This document shows positions 52,750-64,000 of a DNA stretch of 64,000 nucleotides, piece after piece. Below the pieces are notes generated by a model, which saw only the letters and a program-made list of their open reading frames with translations, was not told the DNA's origin and did no database searches. Every line of letters begins with the position of its first letter. Within the stretch, counting starts at the first letter, position 1. The DNA is from Octopus sinensis (lineage: Eukaryota), in contig NC_042998.1 of assembly GCF_006345805.1 (NCBI RefSeq), positions 22,010,001-22,074,000 on the forward strand, in the 5' to 3' direction. A program made the translations under genes and the position numbers.

Positions 52750-53200
52750 GCTGGCTACTCTCATGGTTCTTGGTCTCAAGCATTTGTCTTATGAAGAAAG
52801 GCTGAAGACGCTCGACCTTTATTCTCTAGAAAAACGCCGCCACTGTAGTGATCTCATTCTCGCTCACAACATCATAAGTGGCAAGTGTAACCTCTCGAAA
52901 GAGCTGTTCTTCACTCCTGTTTCAGAGCGTCGGCTGCGGGGTCACTCCGAAAAGCTCTATCTGTGACGATTTCATCTCAATCGAAGGAGAGGGGCTTTCT
53001 CCATCCGGGTTGCGGATCCATGGAATAAGTGCCAGACGAGATAGTGAAGATGCCGACGACTGCTTGGTTCAAAGTCTCTCTTGACCAGAAATGGCCTGAA
53101 CTCTTTGCATGAACACCCTCCCTGTACATAACTCCATGTCCCCCTACATGGCCTCGCTTTTTGCTTTTTGAGCCAAAAAATTAACTTAACTTAACTAACT
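52750..53200 (+). mobile_element. 5'-truncated CR1-clade LINE 3' end
   Basis: LKHLSYEERLKTLDLYSLEKRR...LRGHSEKL...FSIRVADPWN, followed by a (TTAAC)n tail. Confidence 0.9.
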
Positions 53201-54281
53201 TATATATATATATACACATACACAACTAGGTTCTGTATGTCTACCAGATTCACTCACATGGCATTAGTGGGCAAGACCCACGGTGCCATTCAGTGGAACT
53301 GAACCAGGAAATCATGTGGTTTTCAAGTGAGCTTCTTAACCATATGGCTGTACTTCTCTTACATATTTTTTCCTTTCCTTTTAAGTCCATACAAATATGA
53401 TTTGAGTGTGGCAAATTCAGCAGCTATTTCTTGTAAGTCAATTGACAACATAGATCTGTCTTTATTTGCTGTTCATTCAGTGAATTCATGTGAGATTTTG
53501 CAGAGCAGACAATCTGTTTATCATTTCAATGTCTACAAAATAAATTCATTTTTTTTTTATCCTTTCAGTTTCTGACTGTATAAAATATCACGTATCTCTC
53601 TTCCACACGTACTTCCCTCTCTTTCTAAGCTGTTCTGTGTCTGCACAGCTTATAAAGTGAAACGTGTTCAAGGGAGATAATTACATGATTAGTTCCTACC
53701 TATTTATATACTCATTATTTAAGCGACTTGCCACATTTCTCCTTGTTCCTCACCTTCTAGTTTCTTCCATATAACCTCAAAAAAATGGCAGAAAAAGATG
53801 AAGAACAACAACAAGGAAAAAAATTTTCGTTTAAAACATTCTCTCTTTGACACATCTTATTTCTGAATATTTTTTCCAATTTTTTTTTATAATATTTGAA
53901 ATTCTAGCATTTAACTTCCTGTGTTGTCTTTGAGAAATGACTTTGGATTCTCAACAAAATTTTGTTTTCTTTATTTCTTTCTTTCTTAATTTATTTATTT
54001 ACAGATTTTTATCTTTCATTTTACATTTATTTATTTATTTATTTATTCCGTGTTTTTTTAAGAAAGCTGTAAGGGTAGAAAGGAAAGGAAATCAGCATTA
54101 ACAATATAAGTTTTAGGAACAGCATCATGTTGAAAGTTTCTGAATACAGCGAGGAGCAGGAACGAGGGGTAGCGGGTGGGGGTGGGGGGAGAAAAGGGAA
54201 ATGTGTGAAGAAGGTTAAATTCTTGACTCATAAAAAGAGTAATAATTTTTTTTTTTAGCTATTTAAAAAAATTTTCATTTA

Positions 54282-54715
54282 TGAAAATTCTGTTCATTCT
54301 CTAATGATGATGATGATGGTGGTGGTGATGGTGATGGTGGTGGTGGTAATGGTGGTGGTGGTGATGGTGATGATGGTGGTAGTGGTGGTAATGATGATGG
54401 TGATGATGATAATGGAGGCAGTAGAGGTGGTGGTGGTGGTGGTGGTGATGTGAGTGAATGATGATGATGAGAATGATGACTATTGATGATGATGATGATG
54501 ATGTGAAAATTCTGTTCATTCTCTAATGATGATGATGATGGTGGTGGTGGTGTTGGAAATGCTGGTAGTAGTGGTAATGACGATGATGGTGATGATGATA
54601 ATGGAGGCAGTAGTAGTGGTGGTGGTGGTGGTGGTGATGTGAGTGGATGATGATGATAGTAGTAATGATGATGATGATCAGAATGATGACTATTGATGAT
54701 GATGATGATGATAAC
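54282..54715. repeat. Duplicated ~220-bp (GAT/GGT)n block
   Basis: The leader gaaaattctgttcattctctaatgatgatg occurs at 54282 and 54505; source of the poly-His ORFs. Confidence 0.9.
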
Positions 54716-55208
54716 AAGGAAGAAGTATTTTCTTTTAAGAGGATAAAAAAAAAATAGACAATTGCATAGAACTAAGAGGTTAAAAAAAAAGGTGAGAAAA
54801 AATAAATATGAGAACTAAACAAATAAAACAAAATAAGAAAAACACAAATGCAACAAAATTTTGTTTTAAAATGGCTGCTGTAAAATATCAGATTTGTTAA
54901 AAAAAAAAAAATAAACCAGCTGCCAAAATAAAAAAGAAAAAGAAAGAAAAATCTCAGTATTGGAATCTAGCATAGGCATTACTACGAAAAGGTTAAGGAA
55001 ACGGTTGACTGAAATAAAGGTGGAATAGCAACAACAACAACAGCAGCAGCAGGAATAACAACAGCAGCAACTGCAGCAGTGATATAAGTGTAATGCATCT
55101 CTTGAGTCAGAAGTGCATGCATATTGAGTATTGCTTCGGTAAAGGATTAATGGTTATAGATCTTGTTTCCCCATAAATACAAGCTGCAGGATTTTAGGGG
55201 ATGAATAT

Positions 55209-55243
<35 letters not shown>

Positions 55244-55504
55244 CCTTTATACTAAAGGCACAGGGCCTGGGATTCTGGGTGAGGGAGCTTATCAACATCA
55301 ATACTCACCTGATACTCTTTTGCTTGTTTCAGTCATTTGACTGTGGCCATGCTGGAGCACCACCTTTAGTCGAGCAAATCGACACCAGGACTTATTCTTT
55401 GTAAGCCTAGTACTTATTCTATCGGTGTCTTTTGCCGAACCGCTAAGTTACGGGGACGTAAACAAACCAGCATTGGTTGTCAAGCGATGTTGTTGGGGAC
55501 GACC

Positions 55505-56085
55505 TAAGAAGCATCAGATGTGGTGTGCAAGAGAGACTACTGCGCTAGTATGGTCATGTGGTGAGAATGGATGAGGATAGCTGTGTGAAAAAGTGCCACA
55601 CCCTAGCGGTTCAGGGAACCTGTGGAAGAGGTAGACCTGGGATGAAGTGGTGAAGCACGACCTTCGAACATCAGGCCTCACCAAGCAATGACTAGTGACT
55701 GAGACTGTTGGATATATGCTGTGCTTGAGAAGACTTAGCAAGCCAAATGAGACCATAACCTCATGGCCTATGCCAGGGGTGTAATCAGCCCACTTATGTG
55801 TACCTTTCCTTCATTGGACACTAAACTCTGCTTGCGAAGACCTGTTGAGGCAAGTGAAATTGAAATAAAATTCGATGACTGGTGTCCGTGCTAGTGGAGC
55901 GCTAAGAGGATCATCCGAGCGTGATTGTTGTCAGAGCAACTAACTGGCTTCCATGCAAGTGATCGTTACCAGTGTCACCTTACTGGCACTTGTGCCAGTG
56001 GCACATGAAATAACATTCGAGGGAGGTCATTGCCAGTGCTGCTGGACTGGTCCCTATGCAGGTGGCACATAAAAAACACCATATA
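55505..56085 (+). mobile_element. RTE LINE 3' fragment (ORF2 end plus tandem-repeat 3'UTR)
   Basis: QERLLR*YGHVVRMDEDSCVKK...GRGRP...WDEVVKHDL, then family D tandem units. Confidence 0.85.
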
Positions 56086-56860
56086 TATACAAGAAGCTTC
56101 TTTCAGTTTCCATCTACCAAATCCACTCACAAGGCTTTGGACAGCCTGAGGCTAGAGTAGAAGACACTTTCCCAAGGTGCCATACAGTGGGACTGAACCT
56201 AGAACCATATAGTTGGGAAGCAAGCTTCTTACCACAGAACCGCTCCTGCACTTGTCTATCAAATTCATTCACAAGACATTGGTCAGCCTAAAGCTATAGT
56301 AGAAGACACTTGCTCAAATTGCTGCACGTTGGGATTGAACATGAAACCACAGCATTGCAAAGTGAGCTGCTTAACCATGCAGTCATGTCTTTGCCTAAAG
56401 CTCTTAAACATAAAAGCTGCAAATGAGGAAGTTAATAGTGAATAAAAATCAAAATGGAAAAGATATTTTGTTTCAAAGTCTGTTTTTTTAGAATTTCTTT
56501 TTATTTTATTGTAAAAATATTTTATCGATTGAAGGTTTCATATTTTAAAAGCTAAAATTAAAATTCAAACTCAATATCTAATTTAATTAAGAAAATGAAA
56601 TTTGAAATTGTATTAATAAAAAAAATACATTTAGCTTTCCATTTTTCAGATATAGTTTATAAAAGAAGCAAATAACTATCTGAGTTTTATTTATTTAGAA
56701 TTTAAAATTTAAAAGCATAAAAACCACCACTAGATGGCATTGAGAAATATCCTTTCTACTTTGACAAATTGTGGTATTGACTGATGTAAATATGGAACTA
56801 AGAGACTGAGCTGAAGAATTTTCAATGTTATAAGCTATTATTTCTACCAATATATATGTG

Positions 56861-56901
<41 letters not shown>

Positions 56902-56953
56902 TGATAAAACGGTAATATATAATATATATATACATATATATATATATACATAT

Positions 56954-57000
<47 letters not shown>

Positions 57001-57010
57001 CATATATATA

Positions 57011-57064
<54 letters not shown>

Positions 57065-58141
57065 CACGTGACCTACCAGGCTATCACGATGTTACACATT
57101 GCTGGTCACAATGCGCTTCGCATTGTTTTAGCCTTCAAATGATGCCACCTTGCTGGCTAAGCGAGCAGGCCAACAGAAGAAAGAGTGAGAGAAAGTTGTG
57201 GCGAAAGAGTACAGCAGGGATTGCCACCACCCCCTGCCGGAGCCTAGTGGAGCTTTTGGTGTTTTCGTTCAATAAACACTCACAACACCCGGTCTGGGAA
57301 TTGAAACCGCGATCCTACGACCGCGAGTCCGCTGCCCTAACCACTGGTCCATTGCGCCTACACACACATATATATATATATATATGTAAAATGTTGCCCT
57401 TTTCAAGCCTAGCCAGGCTCATGAGCCCGGTTTCCTGATTTCTGTGGTGTATGTGTTCCCTCCAGCTGGACGGGACACCAGTCCATCGCAGCATTACTCA
57501 AGAAAGAGGAAGAGAGAGTGAGAGAAAGTCGGGGTGAAAGAGTACAACAGGGGTCACCACCACCCCCTGCCAGAGCCTTGTGGAGCTTTTAGGTGTTTTT
57601 GCTCAATAAACACATGCAACGCTCGGTCTGGGAATTGAAACCCCGTTCCTCCGACCATGAGTCCACTGCCCTAACCACTGGGCTATTGCACCTCCACACA
57701 CACATATCTATATATATATATATATATTCATATCTTTACAGTCTGGCATATATACAAAAATATCCAACATTTTTCGTCTTTCAAACAACATATTTTACTA
57801 GTCTTCATTTATTTATTTATGTTTCTCCTGATTTATGGATAAGTTCAAGGTTTGAAGAAAAAAAAACAAGACTTCTCTTCTCAGCCTGGACTGCTTGATT
57901 TTCCAGTCTCTTACTGTAATTCCGTGTTATTGATCGTAAGTGTAAAGTTTTGATTTAAGGGCTTACACCTATCTAACTATATTTGACCTATGTCGTTCTC
58001 CTGTGATTCATTTTTATATTCTTTATGAGAGAGAATATGAAGGGATCGGGAAGAAAGTGGAGGGTGTTTGGTATGTGATATTTTCAGTCTCTCCTTTGTA
58101 GGTAGGTAAATAACTGTGATTTTTAAAAGACTATAGTTAAA

Positions 58142-58178
<37 letters not shown>

Positions 58179-59112
58179 AGATGTCTATATGTCTTTTAAA
58201 ATGACATATTACATATGCATACTCGCATATATACATGCATACATACACACATAATCATCATCATCAACATTTAACGTCCGCTTTCCGTGCTAGCATGGGT
58301 TGGACGATTTGACTGAGGACTGGCGAACCAGATGGCTGCTCCAGGCGCCAATCTGATCTGACAGAGTTTCTACAGCTGAATGCCCTTCCTAATGTTAACT
58401 ACGAGAGTGTAGTGGGTGCTTTTACATGCCACCGGCGCGAGGGCCAGTCAGGCGGTACTGGCAATGGCCACGCTCAAAAGGTATTTTTTATGTGCCACCT
58501 GCACAGGAGCCAGTCCAGTGGCACTGGCAATGACCTCACTCGAATGTTTTTCACGTGCCACCAGCACAAATGCTAGTAAGGAGACACTAGTAACGATCCG
58601 TTTCTTTATTACCCACAAGGGGCTACACACAGAGGAGACAAACAAGGACAGACAAACGGATTAAGTCGATTACATCGACCCCAGTGCGTAACTGGTACTT
58701 AATTTATCGACCCCGAAAGGATGAAAGGCAAAGTCGACCTCGGCGGAATTTGAACTCAGAATGTAAAGGCAGACGAAATACAGCTACGCATTTCGCCCGG
58801 CGTGCTAACGGTTCTGCCAGCTCGCCGCCTTAAACGACACTAGTAACGATCACGCTCAAATGGTGCTTTTTACATGCCACCGGCACGGAAGCCAGTTTCC
58901 TGCTCTGGCAACAATCTCACTTGGATGGTGCTCTTAGCGCTCCACTAGCATGGATGCCAGTCATAAAACTAGGCATATAAATCTGCACATATACATACAT
59001 ACATAGATACATATAAAAATTCCCTGTTGATGTTAAAATCCAAATGAAGGATTTCTCTATAGACAAGAAATCTTGAAATAAAACTGAATAATGACATACA
59101 CACATACATACA

Positions 59113-59507
59113 TCTTTATATATAAAAGTAAGGTTGTGTGTCTGCCTCCTATGATTTAGATTCCTAACTACTCCCACATTTTGTGGTGCAGTTTAACTAA
59201 AACCGGGTATTTTATAGTTGTGATTCATATCGAGCCCTTCTGGGTATTAGCGTGCGTCTACGATGAGTCTACGATTTAAAAAATAATCTACCATCAATTT
59301 TTCCCATTTTTAATGTATTTTTGGCATATACAAGGGAAGTAACTCTCTAAAAGTTTATTATTAAATCTCAGAACGTAAAAGGCTACAGTAACACCCTGCC
59401 CCTTTGTGGTTAGCCATATTGAGATGGCTATTATACTTTACATCTCTAAAAATGCTTATATAGTTATTTCCCTTACAAACCTGAGCAATGCCGGGTGATA
59501 CTGCTAG
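59113..59507 (+). mobile_element. Non-autonomous Helitron-like element (third subfamily)
   Basis: 5' TCtttatatataaaag and 3' gcaatgccgggtgatactgCTAG at an A|T site; shares its 3' end with the 8300 family but has a different body. Confidence 0.85.
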
Positions 59508-59527
59508 TACATAATACAAATATACAT

Positions 59528-59860
59528 GATAGCTGCCCCCTCGTTATCGAGTATGGCCGTTGCACGATGCTTAACTGTTATTGGTGCTGTGATCGAATGT
59601 GACTTTTTAGCCCAGCCAAAGATCTACAATGTCCTGTACAGAAATGGCAACTAAAACCGTTACTGGTAATAGCCGGCTGTAGTTGTAACTGGGCTTCATG
59701 TACCTTTGCATGTCGTTTAAGTCCTCCTGCCGAATTACACTCTTCCTCATGCCCGACAGTTATGATTAGTATGGTGTGTTACACCAGTGGCCAGGTTGTC
59801 ACTCATCTGTCTCGCTTTATGACTTCGAAGATGACTCTTGAGTTCAGCTACTTTTGACAA
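59528..59860 (-). mobile_element. RTE-like LINE 3' end with tandem C2H2-like fingers (degenerate)
   Basis: AELKSHLRSH; CRA*GRV/CNSAGGLKRHAKVH (stop plus frameshift); FSCHFCTGHCRSLAGLKSHIRSQH*; then a 3' end ggccatactcgataacgagggggc. Confidence 0.7.
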
Positions 59861-60624
59861 ATATACATACATACATACATATATACATACATGCAAGCAT
59901 ACACACACACATAGTGTATTTGTGTGTTTGAAGTAGTGTACAGGTATAATATATAATAAAAGAGAGGTTGTCAAACTCTTTGATAGTTATGTATTTTGTG
60001 CTTTCATCTCGTTTCAGAGATTCATCAGAAATGGTGATTCTCAGAAACAAGATGAAAGAGCTGAATAATTAATTATTCAAAACTCTAACTACCTCCTTTT
60101 CCTAAATATATCACAGTTTCACAGTATCAGCCATACCTGTTATACACCACTGGTCACAGTGCGTTTTCAATTTTGTCTTGGTTGTGCCTTTCTTTTCCAT
60201 CTTGACCAAGATTGCTTGACTAAATTATTTTCCCAGCGCTGCCTGACTTTTGCCAGTGCCACCTGACTGGCTCCCATGCTGGTGGTACATAAAAAGCACC
60301 ATTCAAGTGTGGTCAATGCCAGTGCTGCTTGACTGGCTCCTTTCAAGCGTGGTCAATGCAAGTGTCACCTAATTGGTTCCCATCCCATAGCACATAAAAA
60401 GCACCATTCGAGCATGGTTGATGCCAGTTCCGCCTGACTGACTCCGTACTGATGGCACATAAAATGCACCCACTACACTCTCAGAGTGGTTGATGTCAGG
60501 GAGGGCATCAGATTGGGGCCTGGTGTAGTCTCCCGGCTTGCCAGTCCTAAGCCAAACCGTTCAACCCATGCCAACTTGGAAGATGGATGTTAAATAATGA
60601 TGATGATGATGACTTAAAATTGTA

Positions 60625-60945
60625 AAGACCCCCTTCGGTCATAAATGACCATGGGATTGGACCTAGAAAGTTACCCTCCAAGGTACAAGTCTGGGCAAGG
60701 TTTTTTTATGGAAGACCCAGCAGTCACCCATGCATGCCAGTCCCTGCTCTCCATACCACTGATGTTATCCAAGGGAAAGGCAAAGGCCGATACAGCTTGG
60801 CACCAGTGATGCTGCGACTCATCTCTACAGCTGAGTGAACTGGAGCAACATGAAATAAAGTGTCTTGCTCAAGGACACAACATGCAGCCCAGTCCGGGAT
60901 TCAAACTCACTACCTCAGGATTGTGAGCATAATGCTCTAAATGGA
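60625..60945 (-). mobile_element. tRNA-derived SINE, additional family
   Basis: Minus-strand B-box gtttgaatccc and ccttgagcaagacactt domain with a distinct tail. Confidence 0.65.
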
Positions 60946-63900
60946 TTGGACGATTTGACTGAGGACTGGTGAACCAGATGTTTGCACCAGGCTCCAATCT
61001 AATCAGACAGAGTTTCTACAGTTGGATGCCCTTCCTAACGCCAACCACTCTGAGAGTGTAGTGGGTGCTTTTACGTGTATGTGCATGTGTGTTTGTTGGT
61101 ATGTGTGTGTATGTGCATGTGTGTTTGTATGTATATATACACGTATGTATTGTTATATATATACACATGTACATACATATATACATACACACACACCCAC
61201 GCACACATGTGTACATATATGTACACATAAAGGCTTCTTTCAGTTTCTGTTTAACAAAGGCTTTGGTTGGCCTTGTAGAACACCCTAACCCAAGGTTCCA
61301 TGCATTGGGAGTGAATCTGAGACCACATAGTTCAGAAGCAAATTCCTTAACCACATAACAATATACATGTGTCTGTCTGTCTATCTATCTATCTATTTAT
61401 CTGTATGTATGTATGTATATATGTATGCATCTATCTGTCTGTCTATATATATATATATAGATAGATAGATATACATACATATGCATACACATACTTCACA
61501 CACACACACATAAAGATACATATATACACACATACTATATATATAGAGATATATAGATCTACATAGATATATATGCATCCATCCATCCATCCATATGAGA
61601 ATTGGAAACTCAGAATATTTTGCTTTTTTTGTTAGCTGTTTGGTAATTTAAGACAGTTTGGAAACCAAGTATGGCGCCTGGGTGTTGAAGTTGAGGCTTA
61701 CCAAACAATCTGATCTACTTTGTACGTTGAATGAAAAAAAAAGGAAAAGGAACCAAAATTGTTGGTTATATGTCCGAAACACTGTAAATGCTAATGTAAT
61801 GTAGCGCACAAAGCCTTTGGTTCCAAGCCAAAATCTCTGTCAATTAAGCAAGTCTCATTTCAGTTCTGTGATATAGTGTTAACATGGTAATGCTGGATGT
61901 GAAATCTATGCAAGTGAAAACGAATAATGAACTCAAAAGTAGCGTAAACCTTGCCAATTTGCAATGCATCTTGGTGGCCCTAGATAAACAGCAGCAGCAG
62001 TAGTAGCAGTAGTAGTTGTTGTTTTAGCTGTTGTTCAGTCATGAGAGTTGGCCTTCATTGGAGCTGCCAAATGAGCAAAGGAGTTCTAGCCATGACTATC
62101 CAGCCCTTCTCAATGTGATTCTCCGTATTATGATTGAGATTTGGCTGCTAATTCAAACTGGTCAGTCGAGCTCCTGCATAAATGCTCTCTCATTAGTGCT
62201 GACTACTACTACCACCACTACTACGACTACTGCTGCTGCTGCCGCTGCCAGAGCTACCCCCAAAACCACCACCACCACCACCATCACTGCTACTACTACT
62301 ACTAACACCAGTGCTACTACTAGTAGTAGTAGCACTAGTTGTTTTTTCTGTTGTTCAATTCTGACTGACCTTGATTGAGTTGCCAAAAGAGCAAAGGAAT
62401 TCCAGTCGTGACCATCCAGCCTTTGCTTATGTTGAGGATTTCATTATTCAGTGTGTGTCTCCATTATATTATGACGAAGATTTGGCTGTTGTTTCTAGTC
62501 AGTCAATCAAGCAACTGCCTAGAAACACCTTCATGAGCGTATATCAAGTATATGAAGGTGCATAGCTTAGTGGTTAAGGTTGTTGCACTCCCAATCATGA
62601 GATTGTGATTTCAATTCTCCAACCCAGTGGTCCATTGTGTTCTTGAGCAAAGCACTTCCTTTTATGCTGCTCTGTGACCATTTCTACATCTCCCATGTGG
62701 CACACTTGTATACCTGTACAGGTAATGTCAATTTGATGGATGGAGTGAGCTTAGATGCTACACAAAAGATATGATCACTATAAACAAATCATCTGCATGG
62801 CTATTTGACAAGGAATTACAGAATCCTCAACCATTATTTAACAACAGGAGAGTTGATAACCACAACCCTTGATTGAATAACACTGTGTATAAACTCGATA
62901 CTTGGAATGACCAATTTTTAATACTATTGGATTTTACTCATAAGGTATTGGAATCTTATATGTATACCATTCTGCCTAAAAAAAAATGGATCTACAAATG
63001 CAATATCCCTACATATCTCACATCTATTTTCTTTTATTTCCTCCACTTCACGCTCTATTTTGTATCTTATCTAAATTAACTATTTTTTAACCATCTTCTC
63101 ACACCGTCTCCAATGAAGGGACATAATAAATATTCTGGAAACAGCTGTAAGACCTTCTATCTATAAATGCTCTAATATCTACACAGCCTTGGTTTTTTAT
63201 CTCATTACGAAAAAAAAAGAATATATATATATATATACTCTTTACTCTCTTTTACTTGTTTCAATCATTTGACTGGCGCCATGCTGGAGCACCACCTTTA
63301 TCGAGCAACTCGATCCCGGGACTTATTCTTTGTAAGCCCAGTACTTTTCTATCGGTCTCTTTGCCGAACCGCTAAGTAACGGGGACATAAACACACCAGC
63401 ATCGGTTGTCAAGCAATGCTAGGGGGACAAACACAGACACACAAACACATACACATACATACATATATATATATATATACGACAGGCTTCTTTCAGTTTC
63501 CGTCTACCAAATCCACTCACAGGCTTTGGTCGGCCCGAGGCTATAGTAGAAGACACTGCCCAAGGTGTCACGCAGTGGGACTGAACCCGGAACCCGGAAC
63601 CATGTGGTCGGTAAAAAGCTACTTACCACACAGCCACTCCTGCGCCTATATATATATATAATATAGTATGCCTGATTAGCACCCGTGCCAGTGGAACATT
63701 AAAAGCACCATTCAAATGTGATCATTGCCAGGGCTGCTGACTGGCTCCTGTGCCAGTGGAGCATAAGGGGCGGCATTCGAGTGTATATATATATACACAC
63801 ACAACTACAGGCTTCTTTCAGTTCCTCTTCACGAAATCCACTCACAAGGCTTTGGTTGGCTCAAGGCTTGTAGAAGACACTTGCTCAAGATCCCACACTC

Positions 63901-64000
63901 TGGGATTGAACCCAGAATCATGTAGTTGGGAAGCAAATTTCTTATCACATAGCCACACACACACACACCACCACACACACAAACACACACACACACACAT

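Noticed and set aside
54301-54717. His-rich ORFs resembling squid histidine-rich beak proteins
   Set aside because: Pure (GAT/GGT)n duplication with no signal peptide or GHG-type motif structure.

Overview
This is AT-rich, microsatellite-saturated animal genomic DNA. Its repeat families (tRNA-derived SINEs with Nin/CORE-like central domains, RTE and CR1 LINE remnants) are typical of an octopus (cephalopod) genome; the species assignment is an inference. I found no confidently supported host protein-coding gene, so the window looks intergenic or like a very large intron, with only two weak exon candidates. Nearly all ORFs in the track are microsatellite or SINE read-throughs. The recognisable coding remnants are all transposon-derived: RTE LINE pieces (1.2, 55.5 and 59.5 kb, the last with C2H2 fingers), CR1 pieces (21.4 and 52.8 kb), a hAT C-terminus, an internally deleted Tc1, and a CRE-like REL endonuclease C-terminus. 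Non-autonomous Helitrons, a Helentron HINE, piggyBac-type MITE arrays and several foldback elements are also present. The most unusual signals are four. (1) Minimal Penelope-type hammerhead ribozyme motifs with non-canonical cores, including a G3:C8 covariant at 48.5 kb and a U4C variant at 23.06 kb. (2) A piggyBac MITE repeated at three loci as multimers joined by the same TTAA-12 bp-TTAA linker. (3) A CRE-like fragment bracketed by an inverted copy of its own 3' end. (4) A 245-bp inverted duplication 3.6 kb apart. Two tandem duplications (10-11.5 kb and 40-43.5 kb) may be assembly artefacts.
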